Shown here: positions 31,434-39,649 of the stretch, piece after piece
How the letters are laid out: each line of letters starts with the position of its first letter
Position numbering within the stretch: the first letter of the stretch is position 1
NCBI GenBank assembly: GCA_965279035.1
Contig: OZ257142.1
Span: forward strand, 1,664,001 to 1,728,000
Length of the DNA: 64,000 bases
Direction: 5' to 3'
From: Bacteroidia bacterium
GTDB lineage: Bacteria; Bacteroidota; Bacteroidia; M30B66
Position numbers and translations under genes: made by a program
The notes under the pieces: model-generated
The model's input: the letters and a program-made list of their open reading frames with translations, nothing else
Told to the model about the DNA's origin: nothing
The model's database searches: none

Positions 31434-32690
31434 TTATTTACCTCTAATAATAATGACTGGGTCAATTTTACTCGCTTTTCTTGCTGGGAAATAACCTGCG
31501 AAGTAGGTAGTAATTAAGGAAAAGACACCACCAATAAAATAAAATTGTGGATTATAATTAATGGGGTAAGTCGTTACTTTAGGAAGAGCACTGGTATTAA
31601 AAGGAATTTGATCGATTAATGCCGACATTCCTAAGCCAAACAATAATCCAATCGATCCACCTACAATTCCAATACTTAAAGCAATTCCAACAAAAATTCT
31701 TTTTACATCAATACCCGAAAATCCGGCAGCTTTTAAAATAGCGATGGAATCCATTTTTTCATAAATCATCATGTTTAAAATGTTATAAATCCCAAAACCA
31801 GCTACAATTAATAAGGTAATTCCAACGGCATATGAAATAATAGTTCTTACCGAGCTACCTGTTTCAAATTGTGCATTGGCCGAATTAATATCAATTGCAT
31901 TCACATCATAAATCAATTGGAATTCTTTAGCTAATGCAGGTGCCAATTTGATGTCCTTTAATTTTACTTGAATATCCGTAATATAACTTGCTGGTTTTCC
32001 TAATATAGTTTGTGTGGTTGTAATGGAAGCATAACTCTGTACCTTGTCTATATCCTGCAGTCCCGATTGATACATTCCAACAACTTTCAATTGAACTCGT
32101 TCTCCTGTTGAAGTAATGACTTGAATAATATCTCCCATGTTTGCCATTAATTTATCCGCAACACCTTTCCCTAAAATGATGCTATTGGGTATGTTTTTTA
32201 AATTAATGGCTTTGCCTTCAACTACATATTCTTCAAAATCGAATAAACGACTTTCAGCTTCTACATCAATCCCATTTATTATCCCCGTTAAATCGCTCGA
32301 TCCAATAGTATAGAAAACTTGAGCGGTTATTTTTGGGGCAATTCCTAGAACACGTTGATCTTTATTTAAGGACTGAATAATTGCTCCATTATTATATATG
32401 GAAATTCGTTCACTTTTGGGTTTAATCGATCGAATTAAATGATAACTGTTTTTGTATTTTGAAAGTGCTATTGGTTGAATTTTACTAGCTTCCACTTCAT
32501 TATATAATCTCACATGGGCTGTTCTATTCAACATCAAGCCGTCTAAAAGGTCATTTAAACCAGTCATGAATCCTAACAATCCAATAAACATCATGATACT
32601 AAATGTAACACCTGCTGCTGCTATCAATGTTTGCTTCCATCGAGCCATTAAAAGCGCAAAAGAGATGCTTACAATTAATTTCGCATTCAT
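31434..32690 (-). CDS. ABC transporter permease (FtsX/MacB/LolE-type)
   Basis: TM1, periplasmic domain, 3 TM; PARKASKIDP. Confidence 0.92.
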   Translation of the reverse strand: MNAKLIVSISFALLMARWKQTLIAAAGVTFSIMMFIGLLGFMTGLNDLLDGLMLNRTAHVRLYNEVEASKIQPIALSKYKNSYHLIRSIKPKSERISIYNNGAIIQSLNKDQRVLGIAPKITAQVFYTIGSSDLTGIINGIDVEAESRLFDFEEYVVEGKAINLKNIPNSIILGKGVADKLMANMGDIIQVITSTGERVQLKVVGMYQSGLQDIDKVQSYASITTTQTILGKPASYITDIQVKLKDIKLAPALAKEFQLIYDVNAIDINSANAQFETGSSVRTIISYAVGITLLIVAGFGIYNILNMMIYEKMDSIAILKAAGFSGIDVKRIFVGIALSIGIVGGSIGLLFGLGMSALIDQIPFNTSALPKVTTYPINYNPQFYFIGGVFSLITTYFAGYFPARKASKIDPVIIIRGK

Positions 32691-33766
32691 TTTCCTGGAT
32701 TTATTAGTTCATCCTTTTCATTAATTCCAGAAAGGACTTCTATTTTTTGATAATCTCTTAAACCAGTTTTAATTCTTACTGTATCTCCAGAACTTTTAAT
32801 AACCAAAGAATCATTGAGCACATATTTTCTTGGAATGAGTAAAACACTTTTCTTTGTTTGTAAAATGATATTCGCTTCCAATGTTACGTTTGGATAGAGT
32901 AATTGTGGTTGTTTAACGAATTCTGCTTCCACTAAAAATGTTTTACTTTGTTCATTCATAATAGGATTTATTTTGCTCACTTTTGCTTCAAAAACTTGTC
33001 CCTTATAGCTTTCTAAAGTAACCATCACTGTTTGACCTTTTCTGATTTGCAGAATATCATATTCATCTACCTGCATTTCCAAAATAAAATCTTTTGCATC
33101 GCCTACAACAGCTATGAGCGTTTGTAGATTTACTAAATCTCCTTTTGATTTATTTATAGAGTAAACTAAACCATCGATTTCACTTCGAATCTTAAAATCA
33201 TTTTCTAATTGATTTGTGATTTGTAAATTCTTTTTCGATTGAGCTGAATTAAATGCTAATTGCCTTTTTAAATCAGTGTAATTAATTAGTGCTGATAAAT
33301 ATGCACTCTTTGAATTCTGGTAATTTAATTCAGTGTTTTCTAAATCTACTTTACTCCCAATTTGTTTTTTCCACAAGTTTGATTGTCGAACAAATTGAAG
33401 TGAATCGTTTTGCATTTTTAATTGGCTTACCTCAATTTGAGATTTTGCTTCTCTGAGTTTTCCTTGATTAGCATTGAGATCAGATAAGCCTGCAGCCAAT
33501 TGTGCATTTTCTTTATTGATGCGTTGAACTGTATTACTTATTGACAGAAGCACATCTCCCTTATGGATTGTATCACCTTCGGATACATATATAGTGTCGA
33601 TGATTCCATTCACTGTTGAATAAACCTCATATTGATTCTTACTTTTAATTATCCCTGAAGCATATACCGATTCAGTTATGGATTCAATACTGGGTTTTAT
33701 TTTTTCAGTTTTATCCTTGCAAGAATTTAGTAGAAATACAAAAAGGATAAGGTGTAAAAATCTCAT
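32687..33766 (-). CDS. Efflux periplasmic adaptor (MacA/HlyD family) lipoprotein
   Basis: Lipobox LNSC; biotinyl-lipoyl halves; coiled coil. Confidence 0.9.
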   Translation of the reverse strand: MRFLHLILFVFLLNSCKDKTEKIKPSIESITESVYASGIIKSKNQYEVYSTVNGIIDTIYVSEGDTIHKGDVLLSISNTVQRINKENAQLAAGLSDLNANQGKLREAKSQIEVSQLKMQNDSLQFVRQSNLWKKQIGSKVDLENTELNYQNSKSAYLSALINYTDLKRQLAFNSAQSKKNLQITNQLENDFKIRSEIDGLVYSINKSKGDLVNLQTLIAVVGDAKDFILEMQVDEYDILQIRKGQTVMVTLESYKGQVFEAKVSKINPIMNEQSKTFLVEAEFVKQPQLLYPNVTLEANIILQTKKSVLLIPRKYVLNDSLVIKSSGDTVRIKTGLRDYQKIEVLSGINEKDELINPGK

Positions 33767-34142
33767 TGTTCAATTCAAATTATTTTTTGAAAACTAGGAA
33801 TCTCTTGTGATGAAATTGTTACAACATTCTATAGAATCTTTGTTAAAATCCCTGAATGCAATTTTTTTATATCATCACAAATGAATTAGTTAAAATTACA
33901 TACTTCCATTTTTATAAACGCTGATAGATATCATGTTTCACGTACTATTTTAATACCTCAAAATCATTATTATACCAATTAATTCGTTGTATATGTTTGA
34001 TTTAATTTCTATGTTTTAAGAAATTTCAGATTAAATTATATCTGTGATTTATGTAAGTTAATTGGGGCTATATGTAACTTCAAAATCAGGTATTTGCTGA
34101 TGTTTGTACTCTCATTTATTCTTAACCAAATAACCCACGATT

Positions 34143-34367
34143 ATGGATGCAGTTAAAAATCACAGCCCAGAGAATTTTAAAATTTCTGGTGATTGGAGTG
34201 TTCAATCCAAACATCTAAAAGAAAAATTCTCAACATTAACAGATGCGGATCTGAAATTCGAAACTGGTAAAGAAAACGAGCTGCTCACTCGTATCGAAAC
34301 CAAATTGAATAAGAAACGCGATGAGGTAATCAATATTATTAAAAAAGGATTGTCTGATAAAGTATAA
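34143..34367 (+). CDS. CsbD-like general stress protein
   Basis: GDW..LKEKFSTLTDADL..GKENELL.RI. Confidence 0.85.
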   Translation: MDAVKNHSPENFKISGDWSVQSKHLKEKFSTLTDADLKFETGKENELLTRIETKLNKKRDEVINIIKKGLSDKV

Positions 34368-34394
34368 TTTCCCCTGATTTTACTTATCGACTTT

Positions 34395-34429
34395 AAAAGG
34401 TCTGGCCTCAAGAACCAGTCCTTTTTTTT
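34395..34429 (+). terminator. Rho-independent terminator
   Basis: aaaaggtctgg...ccagtccttttttt. Confidence 0.7.
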
Positions 34430-34528
34430 GTTTTTACACTCTGTGAATTGTATAAGTTTTAGTAACGATCATATAATACTTTAAATAGAAAGTCAAGTCA
34501 ATTTTGTACTTCAATTAAACATAACACT

Positions 34529-34717
34529 ATGTCAACTACAAAAACGCTTTTTGGAAATTGGAATCAAACCAAAGGAAAAATAAAACAGCAATATGCTATA
34601 CTAACTGATGATGATTTATTATTAGTTGAAGGGAAAGAAGATGAATTGGTGGGTCGACTTCAAGTAAAATTGTCAAAAACAAAAGAAGAAATTCACCGAT
34701 TTATTGCAAGTCTTTAA
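34529..34717 (+). CDS. CsbD family protein
   Basis: GNWNQTKGKIKQQY..LTDDDL..EGKEDELVGRLQ. Confidence 0.9.
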   Translation: MSTTKTLFGNWNQTKGKIKQQYAILTDDDLLLVEGKEDELVGRLQVKLSKTKEEIHRFIASL

Positions 34718-34741
34718 TTCACCATTTAATAAATAATACAC

Positions 34742-35182
34742 ATGAAAAAATCAGTATTACTCGTTTCGCTTTGCCTTGTTCTATCAGGTAGTTTAATTAC
34801 TTCATGCAGTACAAATGCATCAAAAGTTGAAGACGCAAAAAAAGAAGTTGAAAAAGAAAATGAAGATGTAGTTAAAGCTAATGAAAATCTTCGTTTAGAA
34901 ATTGAAAACTATCGGAAAGAATCTGTTGCTAAAATTGATGAAAATGATATAACAATATCACGTGCAAAAGCAAAAGCTGAAACCGAAAAAGCCAATGTAA
35001 AAGCTGATCTTCAGAAAAAAGTTGCTGAATTGGAAAAGAAAAATGCTGATATGCGAACTAAATTAGATACGTATAAATCAGATAAAAAGGAAGATTGGGA
35101 TAGTTTTAAAACTGAATTTAATCACGATATGGATGATTTGGGAAAATCACTTCGTGAATTTGGTCAAAACAATGTCAAATAA
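34742..35182 (+). CDS. Coiled-coil lipoprotein
   Basis: Lipobox ITSC; charged heptads; W..FK.EF.HDM. Confidence 0.8.
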   Translation: MKKSVLLVSLCLVLSGSLITSCSTNASKVEDAKKEVEKENEDVVKANENLRLEIENYRKESVAKIDENDITISRAKAKAETEKANVKADLQKKVAELEKKNADMRTKLDTYKSDKKEDWDSFKTEFNHDMDDLGKSLREFGQNNVK

Positions 35183-35208
35183 TTTCAATCAATTTTCAAT
35201 TGTTAATC

Positions 35209-35841
35209 ATGAAAAATCTATTTATTGGATTCTTGGTCCTATATTCAGCATCTCTTTTGTCACAAACAGATCTTATTGACTTTCGGGAACGTTTAAATTT
35301 CGGATTGAAAATAGGTGGAAATTATTCAAATGTTTTTGATTCTAAGGGTGAAGAATTTCATGCAAATCCAAAGTTGGGTTTTGCTGGAGGAGCTTTTCTA
35401 GCAATTCCTATTGGAAGATATTTAGGAATACAACCTGAAATTTTGATTTCACAAAAAGGATTTCAAGGAACAGGAAAATTATTAGGTAGTCTTTATGATT
35501 TTAATCGAACTACTACGTATGTTGATGTTCCTTTATATTTTGCTTTTAAACCATTTTCCTTTTTAAGTATAATGGCTGGTCCTCAATACAGCTACCTTAC
35601 TAAGCAAAAAGATGTTTTTCGAGTTGGTAATTCTACGGTTGAACAACAGCAGGAATTTACCAATGTTAATTTACGTAAAAACATGTTGGGATTTCTTATT
35701 GGAGCTGATTTGAATATTCAACATTTTGTATTTAGTTTCCGATTGGGTGCAGATACACAAACAAACTATGGGAATGGAACGAGCTCCTCTCCACGATACA
35801 AAAACATTTGGTATCAAGGAACACTAGGATATCGATTCTAA
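35209..35841 (+). CDS. Outer-membrane beta-barrel (PorT/OMP_b-brl_2 family)
   Basis: GLKIGGNYS, IQPE..SQKG, YVDVP, terminal GYRF. Confidence 0.88.
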   Translation: MKNLFIGFLVLYSASLLSQTDLIDFRERLNFGLKIGGNYSNVFDSKGEEFHANPKLGFAGGAFLAIPIGRYLGIQPEILISQKGFQGTGKLLGSLYDFNRTTTYVDVPLYFAFKPFSFLSIMAGPQYSYLTKQKDVFRVGNSTVEQQQEFTNVNLRKNMLGFLIGADLNIQHFVFSFRLGADTQTNYGNGTSSSPRYKNIWYQGTLGYRF

Positions 35842-35882
35842 TTTGATTTCTACATTTTAAATGTCATTTAATTCAAATTAAA

Positions 35883-36449
35883 ATGAGAATTGTCTGTTTA
35901 TTTATTTGTATTTTCTTAATGATTTCTCCTTCAAAAGAAAGTCAATTAAAAGCCGACAATTACGGGAATACACTCAATGCAGGATTGGGAATTGGTTATT
36001 ATGGTTACATTGGTCATTCAATTCCTGTCCTTCATTTGAATTATGAATTTAATGCGGCAAAGAATTTCACTTTAGCTCCATTTATTTCTTTTTTCGCGTA
36101 TTCGAATTACAATTTCTGGGGTGTAATCAATAATCCCAAAAAGAATTATTATTATCATCAAACAGTTGTTCCAATTGGAATAAAAGGCAGCTATTATTTT
36201 GATCAACTTTTAAATGCTTCCAGTAATTGGGATTTTTATATGGCAGGTTCTGTTGGTTTTGCCTTCCGATCTACCGTTTGGAATTCAAATTATCAAGGTA
36301 ATCGAACACTTTCTAATGGAAATAGTGGATTATTCTTGAGTATTCATTTTGGAACAGAATATCATTTGAATGAGCGTTTAGGTATTTTCCTTGATTTATC
36401 AACGGGAATCTCTACCGCAGGAATTTCTATTCACCCTAAAAACAATTAA
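35883..36449 (+). CDS. Small outer-membrane beta-barrel protein
   Basis: Signal peptide; alternating aromatic beta-strands. Confidence 0.7.
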   Translation: MRIVCLFICIFLMISPSKESQLKADNYGNTLNAGLGIGYYGYIGHSIPVLHLNYEFNAAKNFTLAPFISFFAYSNYNFWGVINNPKKNYYYHQTVVPIGIKGSYYFDQLLNASSNWDFYMAGSVGFAFRSTVWNSNYQGNRTLSNGNSGLFLSIHFGTEYHLNERLGIFLDLSTGISTAGISIHPKNN

Positions 36450-36451
36450 TC

Positions 36452-36610
36452 ATGGGAAATATTTTGTACGCAGTTGCTGTTATTCTTGTTATTTTATGGG
36501 CTATTGGCTTTTTAGGTTATCATACCGGAGGAATTATTCATGTATTGCTTGTAATAGCAATTATAGCCGTTATTTTGAGAGTTATTCAAGGAAGAAAACC
36601 TATATCGTAA
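36452..36610 (+). CDS. lmo0937 family (DUF5670) small membrane protein, absent from the ORF track
   Basis: Translated by eye: MGNILYAVAVILVILWAIGFLGYHTGGIIHVLLVIAIIAVILRVIQGRKPIS (52 aa). Confidence 0.9.
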   Translation: MGNILYAVAVILVILWAIGFLGYHTGGIIHVLLVIAIIAVILRVIQGRKPIS

Positions 36611-36702
36611 ATTCAGAAATTTATATTTAGTGGTTTAGAATTATTTTCTGATTATTTAATTTCCGGAATTTCCCTAACCGATTTTCCGGAATTTTTATTT
36701 TA

Positions 36703-37365
36703 TTAATCTCTCCAGAGAAAAGGAAATAATAAGCGAGCTAATACAACCACGATAATATTGATCGCTATCAAAGCAATGATATACGGTTGTTGAACCGAAT
36801 GAGCCAATCCGTCTGCTGCATTTTTCGAAAATCGAATTAATACAATCAACATCGGAATAATTAAAGGGAAACTCAAAATAGCCATTAAAGTTCCACTATT
36901 ACTTGCTTTTGCTGCGATGGCTGCAACCAAAGTTAAAACTGAAGAAAATCCAGTTGCACCTAATATTAACCCAATTAAAAAAAAAGGTTTATCTTGAACT
37001 AAATCGCCTATTAACAAACTGTATATTAAATAGCCAGCTAAGGAAATAACCAACATTAATCCAGCATTGTAAATAATTTTTGCAAGAATTATTGCAGGTG
37101 CTCCAGCTAAAGTGTAATAATATAATAGTCGACCACGGCTTTCAGATGAAAAACTTTTTGATGTTGCATTTACTGCTGCAAATAGAAGAATTATCCAAAA
37201 CAACGCATTCCACGTTGGAACATCTACTACCGTTTTAAATGAAAGATAACATACGTAAATCGTTGAAATCACATAAAGCAATAAACCATTAATTGCATAT
37301 TTCTGCTTCCATTCCATGCGTATTTCACGCAGCAATAATTGCTTTATTTCTGTTACTGTATTCAT
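36703..37365 (-). CDS. ccmB: Heme exporter permease CcmB-like
   Basis: 6-TM; LMAILSFPLIIP; ends FLWRD. Confidence 0.85.
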   Translation of the reverse strand: MNTVTEIKQLLLREIRMEWKQKYAINGLLLYVISTIYVCYLSFKTVVDVPTWNALFWIILLFAAVNATSKSFSSESRGRLLYYYTLAGAPAIILAKIIYNAGLMLVISLAGYLIYSLLIGDLVQDKPFFLIGLILGATGFSSVLTLVAAIAAKASNSGTLMAILSFPLIIPMLIVLIRFSKNAADGLAHSVQQPYIIALIAINIIVVVLARLLFPFLWRD

Positions 37366-37366
37366 C

Positions 37367-38767
37367 TCAAAGTTCAATAGTTTCACCTTTTTCGGGAATG
37401 AATACTCGTTTAAATCCAGCTTCTTCCAACTTTAATTTATACGCTTGTTGTGTTGGGTATTCTCCATGTACGACAAATACTTTTTTCACTTTATCGGCAC
37501 GTTGACAACTTAATACATGAAGCATCTCTTTATAATCACCATGTGCACTAAATGATCCCATCACTTGGACATCTGCATGAACTTGATGCATTTCTCCAAA
37601 GATTCGTACTTCTTGATCACCTCGAGCTAAACGCGCTCCTAAGGATTGCTCCTCGCAATGACCAACAATTAAAATAGTATTATCCGGATTACTCACATTG
37701 TTTGCAATATGATGCTTAATGCGACCAGCTTCCGCCATTCCTGAAGCAGAAATAATAATACAGGGCTCATGCAAACTATTCAATTTTTTACTTTGTTCCG
37801 CTTCTCGAACATAAGTTAGTTTATTAAATCCAAAAGGATCCGGATCGGTGCGCATGTATTCAATCACCGATGCATTAAAACATTCAGGATGGTTTCGAAT
37901 GATTTCAGTTGCATTGGTCGAAAGTGGACTATCTACAAATACTTTAATATGTGGCAATCGTCCATCGTGTTCTAATTTATCGAGTGCATACACGATCTCC
38001 TGTGTACGGCCAACACTAAATGCTGGAATAATCAATTTCCCTTTTTTAGTGATACACGTGTTTGTGACAATGCCGAGTAATTCTTCTAAAGTTTGATCGT
38101 CTTCGGCATGCAAACGATCTCCATACGTTGATTCTGCAATCAGGTAATCGCATTGTGGGAAGGATTGTGGTGAACGGATTATCTTGGGATTTAAACGTCC
38201 TAAATCGCCTGTAAATGCAATTTTATGCCAGTAATGATCTTCGAATACTTGAATGTTCACTACCGAAGAACCCAAAATATGTCCTGCATCTGTGAAGCGT
38301 AATTTGAGTTCAGCATCAATCTCAAATTCTGTATCATACTCAACTTCTACAAATTGCTTGAGACAATATTTAGCTTCTTCAACAGTATATAAAGGTTTAT
38401 ATGGTTCCTTTCCTTGTGCAATACGACGTTTGTTGGCATAACGCACATCGCTCTCTTGGATATGTGCCGAATCTTCCAACATGATTGTACATAAATCTTT
38501 AGTAGCTGAAGTACAATAAATCGGGCCCTTAAATCCTTCTTTTACCAAACGTGGAATTAATCCCGAGTGATCGATATGGGCATGTGATAAAATGAGGTAA
38601 TTAATAGTAGCTGGATCAAAACCAAAACTTCGATTCCATTCTTCACTGTCTTGCCCATGTCCTTGAAATAAACCGCAATCAAGTAGGACTTTCTTTCCTT
38701 TTCCAAAACTCAAAACATGCTTGCTTCCTGTTACTGTGCGGGCTGCGCCGTAGAATGTTATATTCAT
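37367..38767 (-). CDS. MBL-fold beta-CASP metallo-hydrolase (RNA-processing type)
   Basis: SHAHIDHSG, AGHILGS, ESTYG, FSAHGD, VHGE. Confidence 0.93.
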   Translation of the reverse strand: MNITFYGAARTVTGSKHVLSFGKGKKVLLDCGLFQGHGQDSEEWNRSFGFDPATINYLILSHAHIDHSGLIPRLVKEGFKGPIYCTSATKDLCTIMLEDSAHIQESDVRYANKRRIAQGKEPYKPLYTVEEAKYCLKQFVEVEYDTEFEIDAELKLRFTDAGHILGSSVVNIQVFEDHYWHKIAFTGDLGRLNPKIIRSPQSFPQCDYLIAESTYGDRLHAEDDQTLEELLGIVTNTCITKKGKLIIPAFSVGRTQEIVYALDKLEHDGRLPHIKVFVDSPLSTNATEIIRNHPECFNASVIEYMRTDPDPFGFNKLTYVREAEQSKKLNSLHEPCIIISASGMAEAGRIKHHIANNVSNPDNTILIVGHCEEQSLGARLARGDQEVRIFGEMHQVHADVQVMGSFSAHGDYKEMLHVLSCQRADKVKKVFVVHGEYPTQQAYKLKLEEAGFKRVFIPEKGETIEL

Positions 38768-38839
38768 GGTTCAAACGTACAAAAAAGGAAGTTCTTCTAC
38801 TCGTTTGAAATCGTTTACTTTGCAGTCCTATTTTCCATT

Positions 38840-39550
38840 ATGAAACTCGACATTCTCGCATTTGGCGCTCATCCGGATGATATTGAAATTAGTGCTGGAG
38901 GAATGATTATTTCGGAAGCGAGGCAAGGTAAAAAAGTTGGTCTCGTTGATCTTACACGTGGCGAAATGGGAACTCGAGGCACTCCTCAAATTCGCGATGA
39001 AGAAGCACGTGTTGCAGCTCAAATAATGGGTGTCGTATTGCGTGAAAACTTAATGTTAGCCGACGGACTTTTTGAAATCAATCAGGAGAATACCTTCAAA
39101 GTGATTGATGTCATTCGGCGTTATCAACCCGATATTGTAATTACCAATGCGCCACACGATCGTCATCCTGATCATGGACGAGCTGCTCAATTGGTTTCGG
39201 AAGCCTGTTTTTTAGCTGGTTTATTTAAAATGCAAAAGGAAGGAATTGAATCTCAAGCTTGGCGACCACGAGCTGTGTATCAATACATTCAATTTTTACA
39301 TCACACACCTGATTTTATTTACGATATATCGGATGTTTTAGAAGAGAAAATAGCATGTATTAAAGCACATAAATCGCAGTTTTGGAATCCTGAATCCGAT
39401 GAGCCGGAAACCTTAATTGCTTCGGAACATTTCTTTCATAATTTAAGCTCCAGAGCTTCGGAATATGGGATTCAATCGGGATTTAAATATGGTGAGCCAT
39501 TCTTAACGGTTCGATTCCCAGGAGTGAAAAGCTTGGATGTTCTGTATTGA
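38840..39550 (+). CDS. bshB1: Bacillithiol biosynthesis deacetylase (PIG-L family)
   Basis: AHPDD, DLTRGEMGTRG, DRHPDH, AHKSQF. Confidence 0.9.
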   Translation: MKLDILAFGAHPDDIEISAGGMIISEARQGKKVGLVDLTRGEMGTRGTPQIRDEEARVAAQIMGVVLRENLMLADGLFEINQENTFKVIDVIRRYQPDIVITNAPHDRHPDHGRAAQLVSEACFLAGLFKMQKEGIESQAWRPRAVYQYIQFLHHTPDFIYDISDVLEEKIACIKAHKSQFWNPESDEPETLIASEHFFHNLSSRASEYGIQSGFKYGEPFLTVRFPGVKSLDVLY

Positions 39551-39596
39551 GATTAATTTTTTTGTCTTAAGGATAGGCTCAGCTCCTATTAAAATT

Positions 39597-39632
39597 AAAA
39601 AGCCGGACTGAAAGAATCAGCCCGGCTTTTTT
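39597..39632. terminator. Bidirectional terminator between convergent genes
   Basis: aaaaagccgg...ccggcttttt. Confidence 0.85.
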
Positions 39633-39649
39633 ACAATGATGCGTTTAGA

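Noticed and set aside
36661-36695. Two ttccggaattt copies
   Set aside because: Too short; at most a weak hairpin between convergent genes
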